A stretch of DNA of 64,000 bases from an uncultured Verrucomicrobiae bacterium (GTDB lineage: Bacteria > Verrucomicrobiota > Verrucomicrobiia > Chthoniobacterales > Terrimicrobiaceae). Where the stretch lies: the NCBI GenBank assembly GCA_963706955.1, contig CAVPOC010000003.1:576001-640000 (forward strand), read 5' to 3'. The notes beneath the pieces were generated by a model, which did not search any database, was not told where the DNA came from, and worked only from the letters and a program-made list of their open reading frames with translations. Positions 49,288-60,451 of this stretch are shown here, piece after piece (the stretch's first letter is position 1; each line of letters begins with the position of its first letter). Position numbers and translations under genes: made by a program.

Positions 49288-49686
49288 TTAACGCGCCGTC
49301 GTCTCGACCGCGAAAACGAGGCGATGAATGTAAGGCCAGAAAATGATGACTCCGACGATCCCCGCCCCGATTGCCGTCACCAAGACGGCCCCAGCGGCAA
49401 CATCCTTGGCGTGTCCAACCAGGGGATGTAAATCCTCTATGGCAGCGTCCGCGAGCAGCTCCAAGGCAGTATTGAGCGCTTCCGCTGTCCACACCGAACT
49501 CGCCGCAATCACAATACAGCACCATTCCGCCGCGCTGAGCTGAAAGAAGAACCCTGCGGCCGCGACCAATATTGTCACCACCGCGTGTATCCACGCGTTG
49601 TGTTGCGAACGAAGAACGTACGCGATCCCGTGGAGAGCGTGCCGGACGCTCTTTATTCGAGCGGCAAATTCAAACGGACGATTCAT
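49288..49686 (-). CDS. dgkA: Diacylglycerol/undecaprenol kinase family protein
   Basis: NAWIH; AEALNTALE; AKDVAAGAVL. Confidence 0.88.
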   Translation of the reverse strand: MNRPFEFAARIKSVRHALHGIAYVLRSQHNAWIHAVVTILVAAAGFFFQLSAAEWCCIVIAASSVWTAEALNTALELLADAAIEDLHPLVGHAKDVAAGAVLVTAIGAGIVGVIIFWPYIHRLVFAVETTAR

Positions 49687-49870
49687 GGAAATTTCGCGTG
49701 CACCAGCGTGGCCGCTGTCTCAGACGCAGATTTTCAATTTGCTTGCCGTTTCCAAGCTCGATTGCGGCGAACGACGGCCAACTTGACACGCTCCCGAGCG
49801 TTGGTAGCTTTTGGAAGCAGGTAAACCGGGAAGGAACGCATTGAAGAATGCAAGCCGGTTGGCAAGAGCC

Positions 49871-50459
49871 ATGACAAGACATTTTCCAGTCATTTGCCTA
49901 ATCAGCGCCATTGCTGCTCTGCCAGCGCTCGGGGCGGGCAGTGCACCAATCGACGAGCCAACGGTAGAAGAGACACCCGCTCCAAAGGAGAAACCGCGCC
50001 GCAAAGGAGAAGCCGAGCGCAAAAGAGAAGCCGACGACTAAAGAAAAGCCGGCGGCGAAGCAGGAAAGCTCCGCGGTCTCCGTCTACAACGAGGGAGTTG
50101 CGCTGATGCAGGCCAAGCGCTTCGCGCAGGCCGAAAAGAAGTTCGAACAGGCGGTGAAGCTGGATCCAAACTTCGCCGAGGCATACAACAATCTTGCCTT
50201 CACCCTGCGAAAGCAAGGCAGCGGCAACTACAAGCAATCGCTCGCATATTATAACAAGGCGATCGAGCTGAAGCCGAAGTTGGCGGAAGCATACATGTAT
50301 CGTGGAGTCCTCTACACTCAGATGGGCAGAAAGGCCGACGCCCAAGCAGATCTTGCCTCATTGAAGAAGCTCGATGCTGGACTCGCCAAGGAGCTCGAAG
50401 AGTATTTTGAAACGGGCAAAGAAGAAGACTATCTCTACGGCGCGGCCAAGAAGAAATAG
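49871..50459 (+). CDS. Secreted TPR protein, frameshift at about 50030
   Basis: Signal peptide MTRHFPVICLISAIAALPALGA; TPRs AEAYNNLAFTL, AEAYMYRGVLY. Confidence 0.75.
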
Positions 50460-50574
50460 TCGCCTGCGTCAGCTGCGGTAATAAGACAAATACCTAGGCG
50501 GAATAGAGGGGTTGTCGGGGCGCCTCCACCGGTATTTTCCCCAATTTCTCCTAGCGATCCCCGTGATGATCTAA

Positions 50575-51057
50575 CTAGTTTTGGCGAGGGCTGGCTGCTT
50601 GATCGATGAATATGGTTCGGGTGATGCCCACGCCTGCTTCCTGATAGATGACTTCGCCGTCCCTGGCCCAGACATAGTGCGGCAGATAAGCGGGGATCAC
50701 GCAAACTGCGCCTGTAGGGATCGCGACTACCTTCGATTCGTCGAAAGTCCTTCCGAAGCCGATATAGAGCACGCCTTGAAGCACCGTGCTGTTTCGTTCG
50801 TCCGGGTGGGTATGCGGAGGTATCCTTCCGCCAGCGGCTAATTTGACCCTCAAAATGTAGGGGCCAGATTCCGTGCCATCACCAAGGACCCAGGCCGACT
50901 CTAGTGCCGGATTGTCAGGCAGGCTCCGCCAGGAGAAGTTCTCCGGAACGAGCGCGATCGGAGCCTCGCTCTGAGCGATCGCGAGACCTGGAAAAAGACG
51001 GTCGACCAAAAAAACCAACGCAGCCGCTCCGATAAGGGCACAACGCGGGAATTTCAC
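50575..51057 (-). CDS. Secreted cupin-domain protein
   Basis: RIPPHTHPDERNSTVLQG...PHYVWA cupin metal motifs; signal-like N-terminus. Confidence 0.8.
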   Translation of the reverse strand: MKFPRCALIGAAALVFLVDRLFPGLAIAQSEAPIALVPENFSWRSLPDNPALESAWVLGDGTESGPYILRVKLAAGGRIPPHTHPDERNSTVLQGVLYIGFGRTFDESKVVAIPTGAVCVIPAYLPHYVWARDGEVIYQEAGVGITRTIFIDQAASPRQN

Positions 51058-51244
51058 GTTGAGGCAGTGTTCATTGCGCAAGCGAGCACACCTCTACCGA
51101 GTGGGAACATCACTGCGCTGCTAGAGCAGGGTGGCTCCCGAGGCGAGGCGAGGTCGCGCCAGTTTGTCGATCTCGCCGGGCAGTGCCTGTCTCTCAAGGG
51201 ACCGCTCCATAAGCAACGATCGGGAATGGTCGCTCGACTCCATC

Positions 51245-51679
51245 CTAATCGGGCACCTTTCTAAAGCCAATCGAGATCCTGTTCCAGGCATTCACCACAG
51301 CGATCGCAATGCTTAGATCCACGATCTCCTTCTCGGAAAAATACTCGCAGAGACGATCGTAGTCGGCATCTGGAGCATGCGTATCGGAGACGTGGGTGAG
51401 GGCCTCCGCCCACGCCAAGGCCGCACGTTCGCGCTCATCGAAATAAGGCGCTTCATGCCACACCGGCAGCACGTCGAGTCGTTGTTGTGTCTCACCTAGC
51501 CGCCTGGCCTGCTTTGTATGGAGGTCAACGCAATAGACGCAGCCATTGATCTGGGAGACTCGAATCTCGACGAGAGCGCGAAGAAGCGGCTCAAGAGAGC
51601 TTGATTCGAGGTAGTGGGTAACGGCGGCAAGCTTGCTGACCCCCTCCGGCGCCAACTGGTAATAATTGATCCGTGACAT
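51245..51679 (-). CDS. Carboxymuconolactone decarboxylase/AhpD-like alkylhydroperoxidase
   Basis: RVSQINGCVYCVDLH (CxxC); ERERAALAWAE; INAWNR-like motif. Confidence 0.9.
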   Translation of the reverse strand: MSRINYYQLAPEGVSKLAAVTHYLESSSLEPLLRALVEIRVSQINGCVYCVDLHTKQARRLGETQQRLDVLPVWHEAPYFDERERAALAWAEALTHVSDTHAPDADYDRLCEYFSEKEIVDLSIAIAVVNAWNRISIGFRKVPD

Positions 51680-51696
51680 GACTCCTATCGGTTTGC

Positions 51697-52846
51697 TTAA
51701 AAATCCGGGCCGAGCTCCTCCTGCCGGATCCCGGTCCCAGGGAGAGTGAACCGAAACGTCGTGCCGACCCCTTCCATCGTTTCTACGCTCACCGTTCCAC
51801 CCTGCGCCTCAACGAAGCTTTTCACGATGGCTAGTCCGAGCCCTGTTCCCCCTTGTTTCTGAGGATCGGTTTCGAGTTTCTTAAAGATATTGTCGAGGCG
51901 GTCTTTTGGAATGCCGGATCCATCATCACTCACCAGGCATTCGATGGAGCCAGCCGGATCAACTTCGCGCGCCTCGATGACCACCTCGCCGCGGGGCGTA
52001 TAGGTGATGGCATTCGCAAGCAAATTTTGAAAAATACGCCTGAGCAAGCTCGCGTCCGCATAAATTAGCAAATCGTGCGAAATTCTGTTGAATACCTTCG
52101 TTCCGGCGGTGTCGGCGACAGGTCTTATATCCTGAATGACCGACTCGACGAGCGGCCAGAGATCAAACAGTCCGGCGCTCCAACTGCATGCCCATTTCGG
52201 TTTGCACATGCGCGCTCTCTTTGAGGACCTTTTCAATGAGCGACTCCAAGTGGCGCACGTTGCGGCGCAGCATGCTCAAGATACGTTCCGCGTTCGCGCC
52301 CGTTCGGCTAGTTGCCGTTTCGAGTTCAAGAATACTGGTCGCCAGCGCAATAGCGTTCAATGGCGTGCGCAGGTCGTGCGTTACAAAAGCCAAATATTCG
52401 TCACGGCGCCTCTGCACCTCGAGCGCCTGTTGCGTGGCAAAGGTCTGGATGGCGAGCCCGATCGCCTCATCCAACACGCGATTTAAGATGTGAAATGCCT
52501 TACCAGACAGACTAAGTCCGTTGTTATCCGCCAAGTCGTGGATGCAACCGCGGAGAATATTGTATTCGGAAACCACCTCGACAATGTCAAAGCCATGCTC
52601 GTAACGTTCGAGCCCGTGGAGGGGCGGACTTCCTTCGACGAGAGCCTCGGCAATTGTTTGGTCGGCGACGTTTCGGAGCGCCGCCGCCAGTTCATCGAGC
52701 AGGGCGGGAACATGATCGTTCAGCGTCGGAACATCGAGGTGCTTTGCTGACGGGAGCTGGCGGACCTGCTCCCTCCACCACGCAAGCAATATTTCCCGCT
52801 CGCTCAGGATGAGGTCCGCAAGTCGATCGAGGTTTTGAATGCTCAT
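51697..52846 (-). CDS. Cytoplasmic sensor histidine kinase with RsbRD_N-like input domain, 1 frameshift at about 52170
   Basis: LNDHVPALLDEL..HGLERY..GFDIVEVVSEY; H-box THDLRTPL; N, G1 and G2 boxes (NLLANAI, DDGSGIP, GTGLGL). Confidence 0.85.
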
Positions 52847-52872
52847 GACGCCTACTCGGAGCTGCCTAGTTG

Positions 52873-53457
52873 TCAGCCGGGTTCGCTCCCGATCTTCAGG
52901 TGATATTTCACAACGGCCGCGATCGAGAAATCCGAGAAGAAGATGCGAAAGCCCGGTCCTTGTGGTGCCGCGCACATCACTCCTACCTGGAGGTCTCCCG
53001 AGCCGCGAAGATAAGCCGTCCTCAGCATGGAGAAATTGTCGGCGTCGAGCGAATAAAAGACCTCGAAACTCGATCCCTGCTTCTTGATTCGGAACCACAC
53101 ATCCTTAGGATTCATCGCCAGCGAGGTCACCGACCAGTCGGAGTATTCATTTGTCACCACGACACTGGCCTGCTGAACGCCCTCGACGTACTCAATGCCG
53201 CACTTGGTCCAATATTCTTCGGACGTTCGTAACATTAAACCGCCTTGGTCGTAGAGCGATGCATACTCGCCACGAAGGCGAACCTGGACGGAAAAATCGC
53301 CTGGAACCGATTGGAAGAAGAAGTGACCAGAATCATGGGTGAAGCCGTAGTGCGTCTTTCGCCAGAAGTCGGTATTGGGCGATACTTCTACCGACAGTTC
53401 ATCTCCGCGAACGTCCCACCCAACGGGCTCATTAAGCCAACGGAAAGTTTCCCACAT
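52873..53457 (-). CDS. DUF1349 (concanavalin-like, Ree1-like) protein
   Basis: WLNEP; TDFWRKTHYGF; YDQGGLM; KCGIEYV; VVTNEYSDWS. Confidence 0.85.
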   Translation of the reverse strand: MWETFRWLNEPVGWDVRGDELSVEVSPNTDFWRKTHYGFTHDSGHFFFQSVPGDFSVQVRLRGEYASLYDQGGLMLRTSEEYWTKCGIEYVEGVQQASVVVTNEYSDWSVTSLAMNPKDVWFRIKKQGSSFEVFYSLDADNFSMLRTAYLRGSGDLQVGVMCAAPQGPGFRIFFSDFSIAAVVKYHLKIGSEPG

Positions 53458-53489
53458 AACGTAAATCTGTTAAATATTAGCTACCTCGC

Positions 53490-54096
53490 TCACCGCACGA
53501 GCGGCGAGGCTTCTCCCCAGCGTGCGGCAAAGACGAACTCAGCGAGCCGCTTTCGCTTCCTGGGCGTTAAGTCGCGTTCCTTGAGCTCTTCGGACAACTT
53601 GGCAGGGTCGCCTCGATAGCCGATGGCCATCGCTGTCCATGCTTCGGACTGCTCGGGGATGCTGTAGATCTCGCGGGCCTTATCCGGTTCAATGCCGATC
53701 ATCTGATGAACGGAGAGACCTCTCGAGGTCGCTTCGAGGACCAGGTTTTCCGCCGCAAGGCCAAGATCGTGAACGGCAGCTCGATTTTCCTTGTTGTTGC
53801 GCGTAAATCTCAGCGTGACCACGCACAAGACGAGCACAGGTGCGGCTTTGGCCCATTCCTGGTTGGCCTCAACCAGGCACGACAAGAGCTTATTGAACTC
53901 CTCGGGTTCTTCTCTCCGCGCGACGATGATAACTCCAAGGCTGTTCGTTGTAGGAAGAGGGCGCCCAGCGCGCGGCTTCAAACAACGAACGAATATCGGC
54001 AATCGCGACGCTCCGATCCTCGAAGGCATAAGGACTCCAGCGTGCGGCCAGAAGCTCGTGAATGGGGTAATCTGTAGATGCTGTCTTTCGGTTCAT
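53490..54096 (-). CDS. Nitroreductase family protein, 1 frameshift at about 53930
   Basis: RWSPYAF; ARWAPSSYNEQPW / HDLGLA..HQMIG; AIGYRGDP. Confidence 0.88.
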
Positions 54097-54158
54097 AATC
54101 CAGTTGGTTCCGGTGCCTCATGGCGAATTTCAATGCCCGGTTGAGACAAACTAATCTT

Positions 54159-54577
54159 TTAAACGCTCGGAGAAGAAAGCGTGGCGGTCAGAGCTCCATA
54201 GTCCCAACAGTCCCACCCCTCGGTGATTTTGCCATCGCGGACGGTGACGAAGCTCATGCCACTGAAGGTAACTCTTTCTATTTGTCGCAGTAATTCCGAA
54301 GAAGTCGCCTTGATACGTGCCGACAACCTCCCAGTGCAGGCATGCCCGCGTGTCATCGCCGACCGATCTGAGAATACGAACTGAGAGATCAGGAAAGGCA
54401 CCAAAGAACATGTTACGGAGGCTGGGAGAACTGCGCTATCCCGCAAACCTGCGCGCCCCCGGCAAAATGCGCGACCGCATCATCTGCCATCAGCGCGTCA
54501 ATGGCACTCTTGTCACGGGCCTTCCAGACTCGCTCAAACCATTCGTTGACGATTTCTTTCGGTGTCGGTGCTTTCAT
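54159..54577 (-). CDS. SnoaL-like ester cyclase, 2 frameshifts
   Basis: MKAPTPKEIVNEWFERVW / AFPDL..GDFFGITATNRK / DGKITEGWDCWD. Confidence 0.78.
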
Positions 54578-54643
54578 GGGCGTTTCGGACTGGGCGACAG
54601 CTCTTTGCGAGCTTTGCCGTTCGGCGCGGAGTGCAAAGCTTGC

Positions 54644-56020
54644 CTATGCCTTCAGCACGGCTTGGGCCAGTTGCGTCAGCGACTCTTTGGCGTCACCGTA
54701 AAGCATCGCACAATTTGGCTTAGTAAAGAGTGGATTTTCCAGACCCGAAAAGCCTTTGCCGCTACCACGTTTGAGGACGACGACTGTCTTTCGCGCGATC
54801 AACTTCGAGGATCGGCATGCCGGCAATCGGACTCGAGGAATTATCCCGGGCGTCCGGGTTGACGACGTCGTTGGCGCCGACGACCACGGCGACATCCGTC
54901 GCCGCGAAATCTGGATTGATCTGCTCGAGCTCGTAGAGTTGCGAATAGGGGATATTCGCTTCGGCGAGAAGAACGTTCATGTGGCCAGGCATTCGTCCGG
55001 CCACCGGATGAATGGCAAATTTCACCGTCACGCCCGCATCTTCCAAGGCGGTGGAAAGCTCTCTGACGGCATGTTGCGCCTGAGCGGTGGCCATCCCATA
55101 GCCGGGCACGAAGACGACCTGGCGCGCATACTTCAACTGCGGCGCAAGGTCCTCGAGATTAGCCACTCGCATCGTCCCCTCGGTGAGCACTCGTCGTGGC
55201 CTCGGACACTTTGCCAAAGGCGCCGAAGAGGACCGCGGTGATCGAGCGGTTCATCGCCCTGCACATGACGATCGAGAGAATAAGTCCCGATCCCCCATCC
55301 AAGCGTGCCCGCGATGATCAGGACATTGTTGGAAATGGCAAAGCCAATCGCCGCAGAAGCCAGGCCGGCATAGGCATTGAGCAACGCGATAACTACCGGC
55401 ATATCCGCGGAGCCAATTGGAAGCACCAGCAAGACTCCAAAGATCAGCGAGAGGACCGCCATCAAATAGAAGAGCGGCGCCGCGCCGGGATGAAAAATCA
55501 GGATGACAAAGGCCAAGAGGATCACTCCCAGGAGCGAAAGATTGAAGACGTTCTGTCCCTTGTAGGTCATTGGCCGGCCTGGCAGCATTCCCTGCAGTTT
55601 GGCAAATGCGACCAAGCTGCCGGTCGTCGTTAATGATCCCAGCAGCACGTCAAAACCCAAAGCTCCCATGGTAAATTTGCTCAGACTGGCACCGTGCAAC
55701 GAATACTCCGAAATGCCGACGAGCGCGGCGGCCAAGGCGCCGAAAGCGTGCGAAAAGGCGGTTCGCTGCGGCATCGCCGTCATCGGCACCCACAGACCGA
55801 TTCCGGTGCCGATGGCGGATCCAAGGAGCAGACCGGCGATAATCCATTCGTAGCTGACGATCTCCTGATGCATCAACGTCCCGATGATCGCCATGAGCAT
55901 CCCGAATTCGGCGAGATGCATCCCACGTCGCGCCGTCTCCGGATGACTAAGCCCGCGCAGACCGAGAATGAAGAGGATCGAGGCCAGGAAGTAGCTCGCC
56001 TCGATAAGATAGTAGCGCAT
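54644..56020 (-). CDS. pntB: NAD(P) transhydrogenase subunit beta, 2 frameshifts
   Basis: MTAMPQ; SADMPVVIALLN; VPGYGMATAQAQH; IHPVAGRMPGHMNVLLAEA; GANDVVNP; YGDAK. Confidence 0.93.
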
Positions 56021-56023
56021 ACG

Positions 56024-56338
56024 TTAAGACTTCTCTTCTTCCGGCGCCGTTGTGCGCTTCTTCTTGAACATCCTGAGCATGCGGTCGGTAATAATGAAGC
56101 CGCCGACGACATTGGTCGTCGCACAAGTCACGGCAATAAAGCCCAACGTAGTGCTGAGCGTGCTATGCTGTGCCCCCGCCGCCACCAGCGAACCGACCAG
56201 CGAAATACCTGAGATCGCGTTCGTCGCTGACATCAGTGGCGTGTGCAGGAGCGAAGGAACGCGGGAAATTACTTGGTAACCTAAAAAGGCTGCCAACATG
56301 AAAAGATAGACGGTGGCAATGTAGGCTTGAGAGTTCAT
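56024..56338 (-). CDS. pntA: NAD(P) transhydrogenase subunit alpha part 2 (membrane)
   Basis: VPSLLHTPLMSATNAISG; NVVGGFIITDRML. Confidence 0.93.
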   Translation of the reverse strand: MNSQAYIATVYLFMLAAFLGYQVISRVPSLLHTPLMSATNAISGISLVGSLVAAGAQHSTLSTTLGFIAVTCATTNVVGGFIITDRMLRMFKKKRTTAPEEEKS

Positions 56339-57502
56339 CGTGTAGCAGCGAGTTCCTGTAGCGAAGGCAGCCCGTAGGCGCCGCGGATTGTTTCATTGCA
56401 GATTTCCCCGGCGTGCGTGACCACCGCGCGGCGCAAAATCTCTTGGGAAAGATCGAGCGCAAAGGTTTGGCTTTGCTTATCCCAGCAATGTTCAATCAGA
56501 GCGGCGAAATTGTTCGCGAGCATTTCGCTGGCGTTCGTCGCTGCGCGACTGGGCAAGATTTGTCAGGGCGACGACGTTGACGCCTCCGACATCCGAAACC
56601 TCATCGGGCTTCACCCCTTCGACATTACCGCCGGACTCGACGGCGGTATCGACGATCACGCTGCCGGCGCTCATCTGCCCAACCATCGCTGAGGTAACAA
56701 TCACGGGTGCTTTCCGACCGAATACCTGCGCCGCTGTAATCACGACGTCCGCCGACGCAACACGCTCGGCCAGCAATTCGCGTTGCTTCTGGATTTGCTC
56801 CGGGGTGAGCGGCTTGGCGTAACCGTCCGCAGTCTGGGCGACCTCACCAAGGTCCACCTTGACAAAGCGGGCTCCGAGAGATTTTACCTGTTCCTCGACC
56901 GCGGGACGGGTGTCGAAAGCTTCAACCGTGGCGCCGAGTCGTCGCGCGGTTGCGATGGCCTGCAGACCTGCCACGCCTACGCCGATGACGAATACTCGCA
57001 GCGGCTTGAGGGTGCCTGCGGGCGTTATCATCATCGGAAAAATTCGCGCGCAATAGCGTGCTGCCAGGATGACCGCAACGTAGCCGGAGAGGTTTGCCTG
57101 GGAGCTCAGTGCATCCATTTTCTGGGCTACCGTGATGCGGGGCAGCATTTCCATGCTGATTGCGCTGACCCGCGCTGCGGCGAGTCGTTCGACAAGTTGC
57201 CGTTCATTAAAAGGATCGAGAAAGCTGATCTGAATGCACCCCGGCTTGAGAAGTCCGGCCTCTTCGATCGTCGGTTTACGCACGCGCAAGACCAGGTCGG
57301 CTTCGCGCAGAGATCGCTCGCGGTCGCGTCCAATTTCGGCTCCGGCCGTCTCGTAGTCGGCATCGCGGAAAAAGCTCGATGCGCCAATGCCTTCTTCGAC
57401 TTCTACCTTTGCGCCCAACCTGATGAGCTTAGCGACGCTCGTGGGAGTAACTGGAGCACGGCGCTCGCCGGTCAGGTGTTCTTTGCAGGCAAATATCCGC
57501 AT
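56335..57502 (-). CDS. pntA: NAD(P) transhydrogenase subunit alpha part 1 (dI), frameshift at about 56555
   Basis: ERRAP; PRITVAQKMDALSSQ; GVGVAGLQAIATA; AVESGGNVE. Confidence 0.93.
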
Positions 57503-57699
57503 CGGACAATCGAATTCGTTTTTCGGAGACTCGGTGAAACTAGACAACCCTCCGATGAGAGGGAAATCAATTTATTGAGCTCGGCGACGTCGATCGTCTC
57601 GACTTCCCGAGACGTCTTCCTGAGTGCTTCGCAAGGACCAACCTGGAGTTCTCGCGTGGACAGTTTGGAAGCCATGCCACCTTAATGGCCGAGCATTCC

Positions 57700-57728
57700 T
57701 TGACAGAGATTCGCCGGCTCATCAAATT
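57700..57728 (+). promoter_or_regulatory. Possible sigma70 promoter for the antiporter
   Basis: TTGACA-N17-CAAATT, followed by AGGAG RBS before ATG 57759. Confidence 0.35.
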
Positions 57729-57758
57729 CGTTGAGCGTCGAAAGATGCAGGAGAATTC

Positions 57759-59498
57759 ATGCCACACGAAGTCGAACTAATCGCGACGATCGCGATCGGT
57801 TTCGCACTGGCATTTGCGTTCGGCTTCATAGCAATTCGTTTAGGTCTGCCTCCGTTGGTCGGCTATCTCATCGCGGGAGTGTGCATCGGCCCATCGACTC
57901 CGGGATTCGTGGCCGATCGCGAGATCGCCGGACAGCTCGCAGAGATCGGCGTGATTCTGCTCATGTTCGGCGTTGGCCTTCATTTTTCCACAGCCGACCT
58001 GATGGCGGTGCGCCGGATTGCGATTCCGGGTGCGATCGGCCAGATCATTATCGCCACGGCTATCGGCGTGGGCATGACAACACTCTGGGGCTGGAGCTTT
58101 GGAGCGGGTTTGGTCCTCGGGTTATCTCTTTCGGTCGCGAGCACCGTGGTCCTGCTCCGGGCGCTGGAGGAGCGCAACGCTATCGAGACCCCCAACGGTC
58201 GCATTGCCATTGGCTGGCTGATCGTCGAAGACCTGGCGATGGTGCTCACCTTGGTGCTCCTGCCCGCCTTCGCGGAAGCCTTCGGCGGACGCGCGGCTGA
58301 TGCAGCTCACGCCGCACCCAGGCACGGACTTGCAGCCATTCTGGGCATCACTTTTCTCAAGGTTGCGGCCTTCCTGGCGATTCTCCTGCTGATCGGTCCG
58401 CGCGTGCTTCCTTGGATGTTAAAGCAAGTGGCGCGCACTGGATCGCGCGAGCTTTTCACTCTGTGCGTTCTTGCGGTCGCTCTGGGAGTTGCCTTTGGCG
58501 CCGCGGAGCTCTTCGGCGTCTCCTTTGCCCTTGGGGCTTTTTTCGCGGGCATGGTCTTGCACGAGTCGGATTTGAGCCACAAAGCGGCGGCAAACTCGCT
58601 GCCATTGCAGGACGCATTTGCGGTCTTGTTCTTCGTCTCGGTAGGGATGCTCTTCGATCCCTTGATCATCGTCCGCGAACCGCTGATGGTTGCTGCCGTT
58701 CTACTGCTGATTGTAATTGGCAAGTCGCTCGTCGCCTTGGCGATCGTGCTGGCGTTGGGCTATCCCTTGAGCACCGCGCTCACCGTCTCCGCCTCGCTGG
58801 CTCAGATCGGCGAATTCTCCTTCATTCTCGCCGGGCTCGGCATCACCTACGGTCTGATGGAAAAAGAGGGCCTCAACCTCGTTCTGGCTGGTGCGCTCTT
58901 CTCCATCACGCTCAATCCAATGGTTTTCACGGCCGTTGACCGCGTGATTCGACGCGTGCACTCCAACCCCCAGCTGAGGAGACAATTCGAAGAGGCACGC
59001 GGTTCCCGCTTCGCGACGCTCAAGAAGATCTCGACTCCGCACGGCGGCAAGCTGAAGAAAGAGCCGCCGCCCACAAAACCTTCACGCCTGAAGAGCTGGT
59101 CGACCGCTTTCCCCTCTTCGAAGGCCTTACCCCGGAGCAGCGCGAGGTCCTTTTGCTTCACTTCGAGCCGCGCACCGCCCAGCCGGGTGAGCGAATAATT
59201 CGGACCGGCGAAAAAGCCGATGCTGTCTACTTCATTGTCGACGGCCAGGTTGAGGTCGCCGTCGGAAATCGACGAATCAAATTGGGACCCGGCGATTTCT
59301 TCGGAGAAATGGCCCTCATCAGCGGCTTGCCACGCGCCGCGGATGTCACCGCCCTGGACTATAGCAAGTTTGCCACGCTCAGCCGGCGTGACTTCCGCGA
59401 ATTTTTGGCGCGCTATCCAGCAATTCGCGCCCACGATTGCCGCCCTCGCCGGTAAGCGCCGGGAGATGAACCGCCACCTCGCAGGCGAAAATGCCTGA
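57759..59498 (+). CDS. CPA2/Kef-family (YbaL/RosB-like) cation:proton antiporter with C-terminal cyclic-nucleotide-binding domain, 2 frameshifts (about 59030 and 59430)
   Basis: LAEIGVILLMFGVGLHFS, IGWLIVEDL, LAQIGEFSFIL; then FPLFEGL..GERIIRTGEKADAVYFIVDGQVEV..GDFFGEMALISGLPRAADV. Confidence 0.88.
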
Positions 59499-59524
59499 AA
59501 TGCCGGCCGCCCTGTGAGGTGCGC

Positions 59525-60003
59525 CTAGTGAGTTCTGCCGTTTACGAGATCTGATAAAAAGTCTCTTCATCGAAGCGGCAGTCACTTCTGGCGACTCGGT
59601 CAGCAAACCGTGGGCGGCTTGCTTAGGACGACGAGCTGCGCCCCTGGAATGTGGTGCGCCAAGTCCGCCGACAATGAGAGGCCGCCCAAGATGTCCTCAT
59701 CTCCGACAACCACGAGCGTTGGACAATTGATCTCACGCAGGCGAGCGGATGCATCATAATTCGTGATCGCGCGACTTTGTTGATAAATTCCCGAAGCACT
59801 CGGCGGAAACGGATTCGCTAAGATTTCCTGGATGACCTCATCAATCGCTCCAGACGTTGCGTAAGATCGCGTCGTGTAGATCCACGGCAAACTCAATCGA
59901 ATGTCTGTCGCCGGATCCACGAGCTTGGGAAGATTGCCCCACAACTCGATCACCGTCCTCCCGCGCTCCTCCATCTTTGCGCAGGACGCCAAGAGGAGCA
60001 AAC
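59525..60003 (-). pseudogene. 5'-truncated duplicate (C-terminal half) of the alpha/beta hydrolase at 61831-62679
   Basis: Near-identical to 61886-62340 (offset ~2340); lacks the N-terminus and the GHSMGG nucleophile. Confidence 0.8.
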
Positions 60004-60451
60004 AATGAAAATATCCGGATGAGTCGCGAATACCTATTCAACGACAAAGACTGGTTCTCTTGTAGAGCGTGGGCAGCAAGATCGAATGCGCAAAGAGATC
60101 GCAGCGCTCGACGGAAACCGACTTGTTAACAGTGTTTGCAAAGCTGAATGACCGCCAAACGTCTCCCGGCGAGTCCTCGACCAGTTCAAAGGAGATCAGC
60201 GATTTCCCACTAGCGTGTAATTTGCTTTGCAGGCGCGTCGTATTTCAAAGATGTTCAAGCACGCCGCAGATCGAGAATTCGTAACGAGCGAATGAAGGTA
60301 GGTTCCGCCAAGTTTCATGCTGCGAGGCGTAGCCTGATTGAGGTATGCCCCCACGAAGGCTCAAAGTTGAAAAGGACGGATTGGACGTATACGACTTTTA
60401 CCGCTGCGCGAGATTCGAACCTTTGCGAGAAGGGCATATGAAGGCTTCAGA

